Shown: positions 33,401 through 46,394 of the stretch, one piece after another
Layout: every line of letters starts with the position of its first letter
Position numbering within the stretch: position 1 is the first letter of the stretch
DNA from: Amoebophrya sp. A120
Lineage: Eukaryota > Protista > Dinoflagellata
Direction of reading: 5' to 3'
Assembly (NCBI GenBank): GCA_905178155.1
Contig: CAJINV010000007.1
Span: forward strand, 1,124,627-1,188,626
DNA: 64,000 nucleotides
The notes under the pieces: model-generated
Seen by the model: only the letters and a program-made list of their open reading frames with translations
Told to the model about the DNA's origin: nothing
Database searches by the model: none
Made by a program: the position numbers and the translations under genes

Positions 33401-36400
33401 GCGTACGCTTTTGCAAAAGCTGTGCGGTTGTTGTTGTGTTCGCAGCTTGCTGCGGATTGAAGATGTTGTTGTTGTCCGAGGTGGACCTATTACTACTTGA
33501 TCCGCTCAACTCCGCGTAGCAGTTGGCCAGTTCCTGGTTGGTCTTCAGCATCCGTTCTGCCGCTTGGCCAAACAACGTGGCCACGGAGTCCGGGCGTAAA
33601 ACTCCGCTGTACGCCTGAATGGCCTGTCCCAACAAAGCGGAGGACCGCGACCGCGCGGAGGCGTCGTAACTGAGTTCCTTGTGAATTTGCAAAAAGCACT
33701 GGAACATCTCCGGGATGATTTTCGGCGCCAACTTGGACAACGTTTGCTGATCTCGCGCGCGGACCTGCTCAGACCTTCCGGTCATGCTCGTGGTGTTTTT
33801 AATAACCGTGGCGCTACTACTTCTTTCATCGGATGCTCCACAAGAAGACGAGGAGGAACTACTCACCGAGCATATGTTAAACACCGCCTTGCTGCAACTG
33901 TCGCGCAAATCCGGGCGTTTCGTCAGAGTCATGCACACCCGCTTCGCCAAGGCCCCGCCCGATTTCAAGAACGTGTCCGAGAAATCGTGGCAGGATTTGA
34001 AGAATCCGGGCGCCAGCGACCACAGCTTTTTCGACAGCAGCTTGCACTCTTTCGCGAGCAGCTGCTTGTTCTGGCTCTCCGCCTTGACCGCCCGGCTTTC
34101 CAGCTCGTCCGCTAGGGGGAGGAGCTGCGTCCGAAAAAAATCCAGCGACGCGGGTACCATCGGGGTGGCAAAGTCCTCGAGCACGGTGAGCAGAAACCCC
34201 CGCGACTTCCGCGCGTAGTCCGGGGCCAGGATGTTCGCTTCGAGCAGGCGCAAGGGCAACACTTCCAACAGCTTCTCCGGCCCGACCGCGGTGGCGATTA
34301 TGAACTGCAAAAGTATCGTATTCGTATAAATGCATTACAAATTTCCTCAGCATGAGAAATAAAATTTGTAATGCGGATTGACCTTAGCAAAAGGATTTGT
34401 AATGCATGAGTGCAATACGAGTACGATACTTTTGCACAGGATAGCGATGTTCCGCAAACAATCGTGGAATTCGTCCGCGAGCTGCCGAAACTGCGGCTCG
34501 GAAATAGTGTCGTACAGGTTCGCGATGGCTCTCAGGAGGTTCAAAACCAGTTTTGACTCTTGTTCTGTGAAATCCGACGTGGCGATCACTCCTTCCGCCA
34601 TCAATTTTGCGAGCACGGCGAACAATTCGGAGGTGAGGAGCAGCTCCGGGGCACGGATGATGGGCGCGGTTGATGGACCTCCACCTGACGTTGTACTACC
34701 GGAGGAAGCACTAGAGCTGGCTGCACTTTTGCTCCCTGCAAAAAGACCTTGTTTCGACACTGTATCTACTACTTCGACGTCCCCACCTCGCAGTTTGGTG
34801 GTCAAAAAGGAAGCAAGCAGACACCAGATTTTCAGATTTGGGACGGCCGCGACGATGTCGAACAAGCACCGCATGATGGTTTCGTCTTCGGTACTGTAGT
34901 CCGCGACCAACTGCTTAAACGGAGCGAGAACATCGTCGTGAAATAAATCGGGGGACGAAGTTGATGTCGTGCCCTGCATCTTCCCGTTGCACGGGGAGGA
35001 CGATGCGCTGTACTCCTCGAAGCAGCACAACTGCAACCAAGTGAGTGCTTTCACCACAGCTACCACCTGTTCGCTGTTGTTCGTGAACTCCGGCGCGGGC
35101 TTCACTTGCCGGAACTTCTGCAGCAAAAAGTTTAGTAGCTCTCTGCGAGGAAGTGGTTGTATGGGAGCGCAGCTAGTGGTCCCTGACTGTCTGCCTTGTT
35201 GGCCGTCCTCAGGGATCATGTTCATCTCGACGTTAGTACCCGTGTTTGGCACGACGAGTTCCTTGTAGCAATCCTTCAACAGTGCGCGAAAAAAAGTGTT
35301 GTAGATTTGCGCCGGGAGTGCAGACCCCGGGATCTGGAGCGCGAGGTCAAACATGTACTGCGCGAGTTCTCGCAAGTGCTTCACCTCGTGTACGTGCGGC
35401 AGACACCGCGTGACAAACATCACCAAGTTTTTCGCCACCTGCTCCGGATTTGAAGATGCCGTTGAGGAATTCATGTCGTCGTCTTGGCTCAACCTCTTCC
35501 CTGTTGACGACGCAGTATTATTCGTGTTCATCGAACAAGTCAAATAGTCCTGCAGCACCTTCCTCACCGTCTGTCGCACCCGCATCACGAGCAGGGCGGA
35601 AGCGGAGCCGCTAGCAGCAGTTTGCAACTTGGTCAGAAACACCTGCTGTGCCTTTTTCGCAACCTGGGCCGAGTATAGAGTGCTGTATTGTGTGTCAACA
35701 CAAGAACTCTCGACATTATCATTCATCGACGTCGTGGCTGTACCACTACAAGAACTCATCCCGAGCGTGTACTGCCAGCAGAAGTGCAGCGCCTCCTTCT
35801 GCGTTCCCTGCGTGCTGCAGGTGATCAAAACCGCTAGAATGTCGAAAATCAGCTTCAGAATCGTGGACGCCTCCTCCTGGAACTGCTTTCTCTGCAGGGT
35901 CTGCTCGGGCGGTTGTTGGCTGTTATTTATTTCCATGTCGACATTATGATCTGCGTTACCGAGGATATTATGACCGTTTTCCCCGCTAGACCCGGCGGTG
36001 AGCGAGCACTTGACCGCGTCCGCGAGGGCAAACAGCGCGCGACTCAGCTCCGGCGCGACACTGGCCTGCATCTATCAAAAGGAAAAATCCCCCCTCCCCA
36101 TATCAAAAGGAAGTTTCCGATGCTGGATTTGCGTACACAAATCAGCTTTGTATTGCAGAGAGGCATTGCGGGCAGATCTCCAGGCTAGATAGGGGCGTAT
36201 GTGTCTAGTTGCTCAGCATGGCAAACGGCTCCCCTTTAGGCCCAGCAGCATGACAAATCGCCTCCATAATGGGGCGAAAGCTCCTGCCCTTGTCTTCTTG
36301 CAATATATGATTTGTGACCTCAAATCAGCATTACAAATTTTCGATGTCATACCTTTTCAATAAGGGGAGGGGGGATTTTTCCTTTCAATAGCATCCCCAC

Positions 36401-36712
36401 GGTGACCTCGGCGAGCGTGAGTTTGACAATGTGCAGCAGGCACTTCAACACCGACCAGCTTCGGTCCCCGCTGCTCTCCTCCTTCAGTAACTGCGAGGCG
36501 TGCGCCAGGTAGCTCGCGGGGCAGGGGGTCAAGCCGCGTTCCCGGATCGAGTCGGCCAGCCCCGCAAGGGTGGCGAGGATGGTCTGGTACAGCTCCTGTT
36601 CCCCGCCATAGCAGGCCTTTTGCTGCAAACGGGTCAGAAACTCCTCATCCGCCAGGTGGGCCGGGGTGCCAGCTGCGGTGCTCGAAGAGACCATGTTCGC
36701 GACCATGGACAT
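30491..36712 (-). CDS. RRP12: ribosomal RNA-processing protein 12 (HEAT/NUC173)
   Basis: CLRNIATAVGPEKLLEVLPL...SRGFLL...FFRTQLLPLA...LWSLAPGF; C-terminal KARGDAK...HEPYAYVALN; two TIR introns plus GT-AG introns (e.g. 32114-32303); 5' end uncertain. Confidence 0.85.
34299..34443. mobile_element. TIR introner, family C, 145 bp
   Basis: tatgaactgcaaaagtatcgtattcgtat ... atacgagtacgatacttttgcacaggata; perfect TSD gcgat; excision gives RNIA/TAVGPEK. Confidence 0.92.
36073..36390. mobile_element. TIR introner, C-run family D, 318 bp
   Basis: tatcaaaaggaaaaatcccccctcccc ... ggggaggggggatttttcctttcaata; perfect TSD gcatc; excision gives VTVGM/QASVA. Confidence 0.93.
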
Positions 36713-37519
36713 GGCGTGCTCAGTCCGATGGTCGACGACGTGTGTAAATGGATTTTTAGAAAGGTTTAGGTTTTGTACTCGTCGTGTTATACGAAATAAA
36801 ACAAGGCTTTCTAGAAATTCAAATATCGATCTGTGTCAGCTTGTTCACGATAAAAATCTACATTGCATTGGCATTGTCCGACCGCGAGCGCCTGTGATGT
36901 TGAAACACGTTTGAAGCTAGCTCGATCAAAGACCTTTCGTGCTGCACAAGCGCGAAGAATGATGATTTCAATTTATTCACGTAGGTCAACATGATCCGTG
37001 TAGAGATCATACCTAAACAATCGGCAGAGGACACAGGACAAGAGCAGCAGATTGAGATTGTTGGGATCTTCGTTAGTGGGGTGCGAGAAATCTCGTCCGA
37101 GATCAGAAACATTTGCACTACTTCCCATGAAGACCTCATTTAGATTTAGTACTAAGATCTGCTTCTGCATGGTGGATCTGCGACAGCGGAAGATCCGATA
37201 ATTTGCCTGTGTTCATCGAGGGATCATGATGCGGAAGGGTCGTGGCGTACGTAGTGAAGACAAGATCGTCAGCATTAGGATCTTCTATCACTGTATCCAT
37301 TCCAGCGAAAGAGCTGGAGCAGCCACTGGTATCTGCCACCAAGAAGAACTGGCTTATGTCGTGCCGTTGAGTCGTTCTTCTTCTTGATCTTCTTTTCCTC
37401 CTCGACCTCGTCAGTCTGATTTGATGAATCTCTGCTTCATAAAAACGATCGAAACTTTCACGCGCTCGTAATGTGCGATTTTGGTGCATTGATGCGAAAC
37501 GTTTTACTAGTACATTTCT

Positions 37520-40500
37520 TCACTTCCTTTTCGGAATCACAAGTACATTTTTTGGTTTTTTTCTTGTCGGAGCAGTCTGTTCCTTTTCGGTTCCATCCGC
37601 CTCCCTGTGGCGCGCTTCTTTCTTGTTATCCTGCTTCTGGTTCTGTTCCTGCTCTGCTGCATGACAACTGCTGGTACCTCCAGTTGAAGATGAAAATGTT
37701 GTCCCTATCAACAACTTCGCGCTCGGGCCACTTCTGCTCCGGTGGGGAACTTTCAGCGTGAATTTGGTTTTCGGCAGGGCCTTCGCGGCCGCGGACGTGC
37801 TCATGATTGCAGAAGCTACACCAGAAAAAAAACGGTCCTTCTTCTCGTTCTCCTCTGTTGTGCTGGGCACGAGGACCGCTTGCTGAGGTGCTTGCTGCAA
37901 TTGATCCCGTGGTTGTCGCCCCGCTCCCGCCCCTATCACGAAATCATTCTTCTGCCCCGGCAGGAGCGACTCTTGGGAATCGCCAAACAGCATTTTCCCG
38001 GGCGAAATCACTTCAGACGATCGCCCATGATCCTGTGACAAATCGCAACTCTGGGAAGAGGGCGGGAAAAGGCTAAGTTCATCCCACAAATTTGGAGACG
38101 AGGCCTTGGGCTTTTTCGTCAATTGGATCGGTTCATGTCTATCGCGAGGGGAATAGCTGATGACCGGTGGTGGCGGGTTCTTCTGTCGTTGATCAGGAGG
38201 AAAGATCGGCAGTCGCGTCGACCCTCTTCCTTGTTCTTTCGGCTCCACCGCCACGGAAGACGACTCTAGTATTTCGTTTCTTTTCGACTGATGTTTGTTT
38301 TCCGCATTCGTCGGCACAGGTCCTCCAGCAGCAGCATTTCGACTTGGTGGTCCACGTGCCGCACTACATACTGGGATGCAGCTTGTCGTGCTGCAAGTTG
38401 AACTTTTCCCAGCAGTGGCGTCGCGTTCTTTCGACACGCCGTGGTCCACAAGGAAATTCACAACTTCATTGTCTTCCTCCCTCTCGTCCCCGTTTTGAAT
38501 ATTTCCGTTAAATCCGGGCGGTAATGCCCTCCGGGGTGGGACGACCACTTTCGTCTGCGCTGCCGAGGCTTTCACGAGGACACCGACCTGTGAATAAGGT
38601 TCTGCTTTTTGTGATGTTGTAATTCCTGATCTGAGTGCGTGATGAATCTTCGTGTCTGCGTAATTGTTTTCACCACAGCTTTTGCTCTTCGCCTTTATCG
38701 CTTGGGTGGTTGCCATTTTCGCGTTCGCCGCCTTCGGTGGTCTACTACTTGCCGCACTGCAGAGGTCCTTCTTCCCGAGGTGCGCAAACGGCAACTTTCG
38801 GTCCTTCTTTCGTTGCTTCTTCGCAGAGAGAACCACCGACGAAGCAGGTGGGTCCTTCTTCATGATTTTTCCGGAAGTGCTGGTGCGGCGGCGAGGCTCT
38901 ACAACCAGTACCGGTGCAGCTGTTTTCTGGTCTTCGTCGACTGGTAGTACTGCGCCGTCCGTGTTTGATTCTGCAGCGACCACTTTTCCTACTGCTCCTT
39001 CGGCAGCAGGCGGAGCAGCATCGAATTTTTCCGGGTGGAGAGATTTTGCTGGTGTAGAAATAGCTTTTGGACTGAAGAAAACTGCAGATGTAGCAGTGGC
39101 ACTACTTGCCGGCATTTTTTCAACCGCGACATGGTGCTCGTTCTCCATCTTATGGTTCACCCCGTCCTCCTCCTCATCTAGGATTTCAATCACGGTAGGA
39201 AATCGAGCATCAGGTAACTCTTGTTGTGCAAGCGCTTGTACTACACGTGGATGTGGTTGACCATGACCGCCCGCTGTTCCTTGTTGCCCAGAGGACAAAT
39301 CTTCAACCACACTCTCGGGCAGCGTTTCCGTTTTTCCGGTCGCAACCGAGAGCGGCAGACTCTCCGTCAAAGTCGCATTGCCCTGTGAAAAATTCTGGTC
39401 CACTTTGCGGTTGTGTTGACTTTGGTTCTGGTTTGTAGTTTTCGCACTGGCGTCAACAGCGGCACCGGAAAGATGAGAAGCTGCAGGAGGATGAAAATCA
39501 TTATTTTCTAGTCGTAATACAGCAGGTTCTGGCAAAAAGGCAGCTCCAGCAGTTCTTTCGGATTGTCCTTTATTTCTTTCCTCGACCTTGTCATCGAATC
39601 CGTGGTCCTGCTCGTGTTTCATCTCTACATCTGAATCTTGTTGATGTTCCCCTTGACCCGCAAGCATTATCTTCATGTTGTCCGCCACCGCACGATCCTT
39701 ATTCTTTTCCTCTTTAGCGGCGAAAAACTTTTCTTTACCCCTTTCCCCCGAGTTGTAGAAAAGACCCTCGTCGTGTCCCACCTGCGCCTTGATTTCGGCC
39801 AACAGGTCGCCCACTATCCCATCGGTCCCCCGCGACAGGTCGGTGCCGAAAATATTAAAGTCGTCCCTGCCTTGCGGAATCGGCAGCTGCCCACTCAGCC
39901 CCTGTTTCAGCAAATCGCTGTTCCCGCTATCCGGTTCGAGGGAGGACGGATCGAAAAGATTTCTGTCGTCCACCTTCCCTCCGCCCGCCCTGAGAATCCT
40001 TTCCACTTCCCTGTCCTCCTCCTCCCCAATGTCCTGGTTCATTTTCCGCTCGATCTCTTCATCCGTAAAACCCTGGCCCCGTAATTTCGCGCGGTACTCG
40101 GATTTTCTCAACTCCGCAACATCCAGCGGTTGGTCGGACGCGTATTTGAACTTCTTCCTCTTGTAGTATTTCTCGTTCAAAACCGCCAACGCTTTCTTGT
40201 TCGCGGCGTGGTCGATTTGAATGTTATCGCCCTTTAGCGTCGGGTCGAACCGGTTGCCGTTGTGAAAAGTCTTGACGTTTATCGGGTTTTTAATATTCCC
40301 GGCAAGATTAGGTGTCGCGCCAGGTTGTTGTTCTACTTCTACGCCGTCATGCATCTCCTGCTGCTCTCCCCGTAGCCGGAAAAAGTTGCTCAGCAACGCG
40401 CGCCCCCGTTTCGTACTTTTGTCCTTCTCCGCCCGGGCGCGCAGCTCCGCGAGCGAGGCTGCATTGTTCTTTTGCAGCGGTGCGGCGACCTTTGCGAACG

Positions 40501-43294
40501 CGGATTCGTAGTGATGTGAGGTGCTGCTGTTTGGCGGTGCTTTGTTGCTTTTCATATCCTTACTTGTTCCAGCGGTAGACGAGGATGAAGAGGCTAAAAG
40601 TACTGGAGCCCCAGAACCTGGTGGCTTTGAAGATGTTGCGACGTCAAGATGTGTAGTTCCGTCAGGCAGATTATTCTTGCCCTCGTCCATGTTGCTGCCT
40701 CCTAGCTGTCCCGCGGCTTTCTGTTCCTCTTCCCGTTTTCGTTGTTCGTAGGTTTTGGCGCACAGGTTCCCGTGTTTTTCAAAATTCAGCCGTCGCTTTT
40801 CCTCGTCCGCGGCGTTCAGCTGGATGATCGTGTTCTTGTTCCCGCGGTGAAACACGTCGATCGCGTGCCGTCGCTCGTTTTCCGGGGAGAACTCCACGCC
40901 GGACTTGATGCCGAAAAACAGGCTGCTTCCGTCCTGCTCATGAACCACGTTCTTTCCGGTGGCGCGGATTTTCCGCTTCTTCTTATTTTCGTCCTGTTGC
41001 TGTTCGTATTCCAGCGCCTTCTTGCTATCCAGCGGGGAACCGAGAGATGGGCGCTTTTTCACAACAACTTCAACGGGTCGTGGTCTCTTTGACAGAAGCT
41101 GTGCATCTGCTCCATCGTTCTGTGCTTGCGAAGAGGCGGCTGAGTCTACTTCTACTTGTTGGTCTGTTAATATTTCACGCCGGCGGGGGGCTACTGCACC
41201 ACCGGTGGCGTCTTTTGATATTTCGGTCAACGCCAATGCTTCGTCTACATTTATTTGAGAACAATTCTCCTCCCCCTCCGGTAGCACTTCTTCGCAAAAG
41301 TCCCCAAACAGGCCTTGGAAACACTTCTGCGCGTTCGTCTTGTCCTGTTCGGTATCAAATGTAAAAATGTCTGGGTCTGGAAGAATGCAAGATGTGTTAT
41401 GCATATTTCTCATGACGCATAATGCCTGTAATGCTTGAACTAGCATCGCAGACTTTTAGAGAGCTTCCTGATGCACCTTCCGCATGAGAAATGGCCCGTC
41501 TGTGTAGCAAAAACTGTACCCATTTTGCTGGTCATGCAACACAATTTTTTTTAGAGTCCAAAAACAGCATGACAAGTTCCAATCTTCCAGACCCAGACAT
41601 TTTTACATTTGATATTCGGTCACTTCGTAGTGGCCCGCCTGGATTACCGCACACACAGGCTTTAAATACCGCGGCTTCACGTACTTCGCGAACAGCCGGA
41701 GCTCCCGCAGCGGCGAGTGCATGGCCCACAGTACCCGCCAAATCCCCTGCTCGTCCACCACCGCCGGACACACGTCGGCGCAGGCGCCCAGCTGAATCAG
41801 CAAATGCTTGTTATAGCACCACCACATCGTTGTGCAGGAAATCTCGACGAAGTCCTTCGTCAATTCGACCTCCTCCACCGCTTTCGTCCTCCCTACGGCA
41901 TGATTATACGCGCTTGACTTTTTGATTATATCCACATTGTCCTGCGGCACGCTCTTTGCACTCGACAAGGTCGTCGTTGTTGGGCCCCTCGACGCTGGTT
42001 GTTGTAGTCCCTCTAGATAAGAAGCTCCGGCGCTTCTTTGCTGCACTTCGCGAAACACCCGCTTCCGTTGCGCGCTGTTTTTCACGATGAAGAACCGGAC
42101 TTGTTGCAGGTTCGGGTGCGAAGTCGAGTAGTTCAAACACCTTCGCCGCAGGTCCTCGCTTTCCAAGGCGCCGCACACCCGCAACTCCAGCCACCGTCGC
42201 TCGTCCGCAAACAGAAAGGTCTCTTGCTTGAACCGGTTGAAAACACCGAGGAGAAGCTCTTCGTCCCCGAGACCGTAGCTGTGCAGAAAGATTTTGGTTT
42301 TTTTCCTTCTATTGGGGTCTGCTAGAAGTAGATTCGAAGATGTTGAAAAACCATCTGGTGTGGGGGTGGATATCGCTGCTGCTGTTGCTGATGCTGTACT
42401 TGTTCCGTAGTAGTATTTCTCCACCAAACTTAGCAACCGATCTACCGAAGTCGGCTTGTCCGGCAGCCGGTCGAACGAGTCATCCGCCCACGAAAAGTCC
42501 ATCAGAAGTATCTCGACCTGCTTTTCTAAAAGCATCTGTTTTGCCGCTGCTGTTCTTTCCATTTCAGACAGACTGGGAGAAGTAGGACTAGGTCTAGGAC
42601 GAGGACCGGCTCCGTCTGCATTATTTTCATTTGTCGGCATTGCGCTTATTTTATCCTCCCAGAGATCCAAAACTCCATGCTGCAGCCCGAATTCGACCAT
42701 GTCCTTCCAGGCCCGATCGCACTTCTCTTCTATCTCTGGATAATACCGGAAATCCCCTGTGTTCATGTATTTCTTCTTGCTTTTCAACACCAAAATCAAC
42801 ACCACCGCTGAACCGGGACAGTGGTTCGCGTCGACGAAGCAAATTACGTAGCGTTTTCTCACGTCGAAAAACGGCTGGGAATACGGCTTTCCACACACGA
42901 GACCAGGCCGCAGGTTGAACAGCATTTCGAGCAATTTACCGGACGTGTGGGTGCAGTAGATTCTCGCATTTACTCCTGTACTGGCATTACAAACCGGTGA
43001 CTCCCAGTGCTTTTCCATCCCCATGTAGTGGTCGGAGTGAAAATGGGACAACAGGTACACCGGCGGATCATCCGCTGGGAGTTGCACTTCGGTGTACATC
43101 GGCTTGTTGTTAATATTTGACGGATTATTCTTAATGTTCGACGTATCCTTTTTACCATTCTCGTCGCTAGCGCTGCTGCTGTCCGCTCTTTCATAGCTGC
43201 TGACATCCTGCATCAGTGTCCGCGCCTTCTTCACTTTGCCAAAGTAGTCCACGAAAATCCGGGTGCCCGGAAGCATGTCCTTGAAGAGAACCAT
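37520..43294 (-). CDS. SNM1/Artemis/Apollo-family metallo-beta-lactamase beta-CASP nuclease with long disordered C-terminus (1835 aa)
   Basis: LSHFHSDHYMG, DANHCPGS, NTGDFR, AMHSPLREL; ORFs 41603..43294 and 37520..41446 join as GHYEVTE/QDKTN after introner removal. Confidence 0.88.
41353..41614. mobile_element. TIR introner, family A, 262 bp
   Basis: 32-bp perfect TIR tatcaaatgtaaaaatgtctgggtctggaaga; perfect TSD ttcgg (41348-41352, 41615-41619). Confidence 0.95.
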
Positions 43295-44212
43295 TTTGAT
43301 ATTTTTATTCGGTATTCATTAAATTTTCTGCGGTAAAAGTAGTATCGAGATAAAAGTAAAACTAGATGTAGTTCCTGGGACCTAATAAATGTAATAAGTT
43401 TCCCGGTGATTCAGGTACAAAACCTTCGCAAATGCTGAAACGGAATAAGCAGCATTGTGCACGGCTTGTCCTCTGTGCAAAATTGAATTAGGATTCGAAT
43501 TGCAAGTGACTGATTGAATCAGGTACAAAAAAGCGGTGAGAAAATATCGAATTCAGCAAACTGGACTAAGTAAGCATTTACATGGGGCCTGCCAACAAAT
43601 ATTCCTCGATTTAAACGGATGCAATCTTGTTCACCTCTCGGGGTACAGCACTTCCGCACCACGTAGTACCTTTGTGTACAACAAAACCTAGAGACTCTCG
43701 TCCCTTTTCCGCGGCCTACTTTCACGCCGCGTCTACAGCACGAATTTTGCGCAACCAAAAGAGGCCAGGCTCGGGCGAGAACATCTTCCATCTATATACT
43801 GCGAAAAACCGCCCACGGTCACGATGATAATGGGCACTTCATCAGTGCCGCCAGGGTCAGTATCATTGGAATGGAAATTACTTGAAACCCATTTGTTGTT
43901 CTTTATGAAACGAGCAAGATATTCTGATCACTTCTATGGCGTAATAATCGCCAGCAGGAGTAGAAGCTCATCATGTATAGTCTTCGTCTTCGTAAAACCC
44001 GAAAAATTCAAGTTCTTATCCCAAAAACTTGAATCTGATATAGCGCGAACTGCTTCGCGCACCGACATCAGCAATAAATGCCAACGGACATAGATCTCCA
44101 CAAAGCACAACAAGCACAACAATTATTATCACAAGCCGCCACATTTCCTTCCTTGCTATCGCCCCTACACCGATGCACCATTCTCCGTCTACTTACTTCA
44201 ACACCAACAGAG

Positions 44213-45493
44213 CTACAGCAGTGTCATCAACCCCGGCGGTCTCCGAAACCCCGCTTGCGCCATACAACTACCCTCCAACGATTTTCCGTTCGCAAACTTC
44301 GATAGATTTGTTGAAAATGATTCTCCTCGGGAGGTACTAGAGGTAGATCTGCTGTCTAACCACGTCGCGTCATTCTCGACACTATTCAGACGCACTTTCC
44401 TGTACCCGTGCTGCTCCAGAACCTGCTCCAATTCCGGCTTCGCGCGCTCCACAGTTAGGACCCGGAACCGGAGCTCGTCCCAGGGAAAATTTTCATCCAG
44501 TACCAAGCCCTCCGCTCCCTCCACGTCCAACGAGAAGTAGTCGATTTGTGTCGGTGCGTTGAAGTGCCGCCACACGTCTGCCAGGGAAACTGATTTCGTT
44601 TTTTGTATTTTCGTGCCAGCACTGTGGTGCGGCTCCTGCACCTGCTGTGAGGAAGTGCTGTAAAAATCATCTCCGTCTTCTTTCTTGTTGTCGAAATTTT
44701 CGCCGACGATTCCACTCAATCCGTTTGTCGCCCCGGCAGGGTGGAAGGCGAACTCGACCTCTTTCCCGGTTGGAGAGCTGCCAATCACGTTCTGCACCAA
44801 CTTACACCTCTTCCGGTGTTTGTACCCGTTCAGATACTGTGGGTCCGCTTCGAGGCACAGTCCCTGCCAGTGAAAGTTCTTCTCGAGCAAGAAACTGTTT
44901 GAAAGAAGCGTCGCATCGTGCGACCCAAGCTCGATGAAAAAGCCGTTTTGCTTGCAGTTCAGCAACGTTTGCACCAACCAATCCTGGCCGAATTGGCTGT
45001 AGGTGGTTTTGTTCATGCGGCTTGATGTTGATGTTCTCTTCGCAGAGGTCGTGGAGTCCTCGACTAACCCGCCGGCAACGGAGATTTGTGGTGGGAAAGG
45101 GCTTTCGACCCACTTTTCCTCAGCGAAGTCGAAATGGTAGAAGGATTTTGCGAGGTCGCTGTAGTCAAAGTTGAGATGATAATCCTGGCGAGGTTCATTA
45201 TGGTCTTCCTCCGCATAGGAGAATGTGGTCGCGTTCTTCTTTACTTTCACTTGACCACCGGCGTGTAGAAATTGTTGGCTTTGAAGATGTTGATCTGCCG
45301 CGGAGGTACTCGTAGTAGCTGCTTGCGTTATTGTTGATAGTACCCGCAGGCGCTCGCTTGCGACAGCATGCTTCGTACCGCTTAGTTCTTCGCTTCGCCA
45401 AAGCAAACTCGCGACCGCGCCAGCAACAGGAGCAAAAGGGCATGCTGCGAGATGGAGGAAGGTGGTGTTTTTGAGAAACTGCCGTATGCGCAT
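44213..45493 (-). CDS. FkbM-family (Methyltransf_21) methyltransferase-like protein with N-terminal leader
   Basis: YSQFGQD, GFFIELGSHD, SNSFLLEK, WQGLCLEADP, IDYFSLDVEGAE. Confidence 0.88.
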   Translation of the reverse strand: MRIRQFLKNTTFLHLAACPFAPVAGAVASLLWRSEELSGTKHAVASERLRVLSTITQAATTSTSAADQHLQSQQFLHAGGQVKVKKNATTFSYAEEDHNEPRQDYHLNFDYSDLAKSFYHFDFAEEKWVESPFPPQISVAGGLVEDSTTSAKRTSTSSRMNKTTYSQFGQDWLVQTLLNCKQNGFFIELGSHDATLLSNSFLLEKNFHWQGLCLEADPQYLNGYKHRKRCKLVQNVIGSSPTGKEVEFAFHPAGATNGLSGIVGENFDNKKEDGDDFYSTSSQQVQEPHHSAGTKIQKTKSVSLADVWRHFNAPTQIDYFSLDVEGAEGLVLDENFPWDELRFRVLTVERAKPELEQVLEQHGYRKVRLNSVENDATWLDSRSTSSTSRGESFSTNLSKFANGKSLEGSCMAQAGFRRPPGLMTLL

Positions 45494-45713
45494 ATTCTTG
45501 TCAATATGTGTGCTACGGTTCCGCCCGATTTGATGTTGTTTTCACGGTCGTGTGCTTTGTTGCTTGTATCTCGTCTGTGACAGAAACGCTGACACACAGG
45601 CTTGTCGTCGTAATTCAAAACGCCAAAACTGAAACCTCTTGAAGATGAGCAAAACAGCGAAACTCTGCTTACTTTCTTCAACGTCCACCATATGTTCGAT
45701 TTTTCTCGTCTGC

Positions 45714-46394
45714 TCAGTACCCCGAAACTTTTTCATAATTTTGGTTAAACCAGGTCGCACTGCATTGAATCACCTCTAATGTCTCTTCTGTGCAGTTTTT
45801 AGAAGTAGGAGCAGAAGTTGTACTACCGAAACCGAAACCAGAACTAGAACCCGCTCCAGAACCAGTAGAACTACTCGGTTGATACTCCTCATTTTTGTTG
45901 CACTGATTCAGGACCGAAATAACGTCCTGGCACATTTTTCCGATCTCCTTCTCGCGGTTCGTCAATTCCAGGAGAAATCCGCTCGCGTAGTTCCAGCTGC
46001 ATTTCGCGATATTTTCCACCTCCTCGAAACAAACGGACTCGTCTACTTGTGCCGCTGTAGTTGGTGCTGATGCGTGGTCCTGAAAGGAAAAGGAAGGCGT
46101 CGTGCTGTAGCCTCCGCTATTGAACTGGTTATTTTTACCGCTACCTGTTTCTTCTTGCGCAAACACGGTGGAGGTGGAGGCTGAATGGAAATTGTCACGA
46201 CCCCTTGACGTTCTCCCCCGTTTCCATTTCTCATAGTCTCCGCTGTTCTGTTCGAGCCGTTCTCGCGAGAGCGCGCCGAGCCGGTGCCGGTTCCGGCATT
46301 CCTTGTATTCCAAGCCCTCCTTTTCGCAAAACTGCAGAACGCCGGTACCGGAGGCGAGAATGTCCGCGGCTCCGCGGACGCTGTCTTGCCACAT
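45714..46394 (-). CDS. hypothetical protein
   Basis: 226-aa ATG ORF with spaced cysteines and Ser/Gly linkers. Confidence 0.55.
   Translation of the reverse strand: MWQDSVRGAADILASGTGVLQFCEKEGLEYKECRNRHRLGALSRERLEQNSGDYEKWKRGRTSRGRDNFHSASTSTVFAQEETGSGKNNQFNSGGYSTTPSFSFQDHASAPTTAAQVDESVCFEEVENIAKCSWNYASGFLLELTNREKEIGKMCQDVISVLNQCNKNEEYQPSSSTGSGAGSSSGFGFGSTTSAPTSKNCTEETLEVIQCSATWFNQNYEKVSGY

Noticed and set aside
34304-34437. Canonical GT...AG reading of the RRP12 insertion (gtgcaaaa...ttttgcag)
   Set aside because: Using these sites shifts the frame into an immediate stop; the TSD-defined junction gives the conserved sequence
36973-37489. Short ORFs upstream of RRP12 as extra 5' exons
   Set aside because: I could not build a convincing in-frame junction; left unresolved
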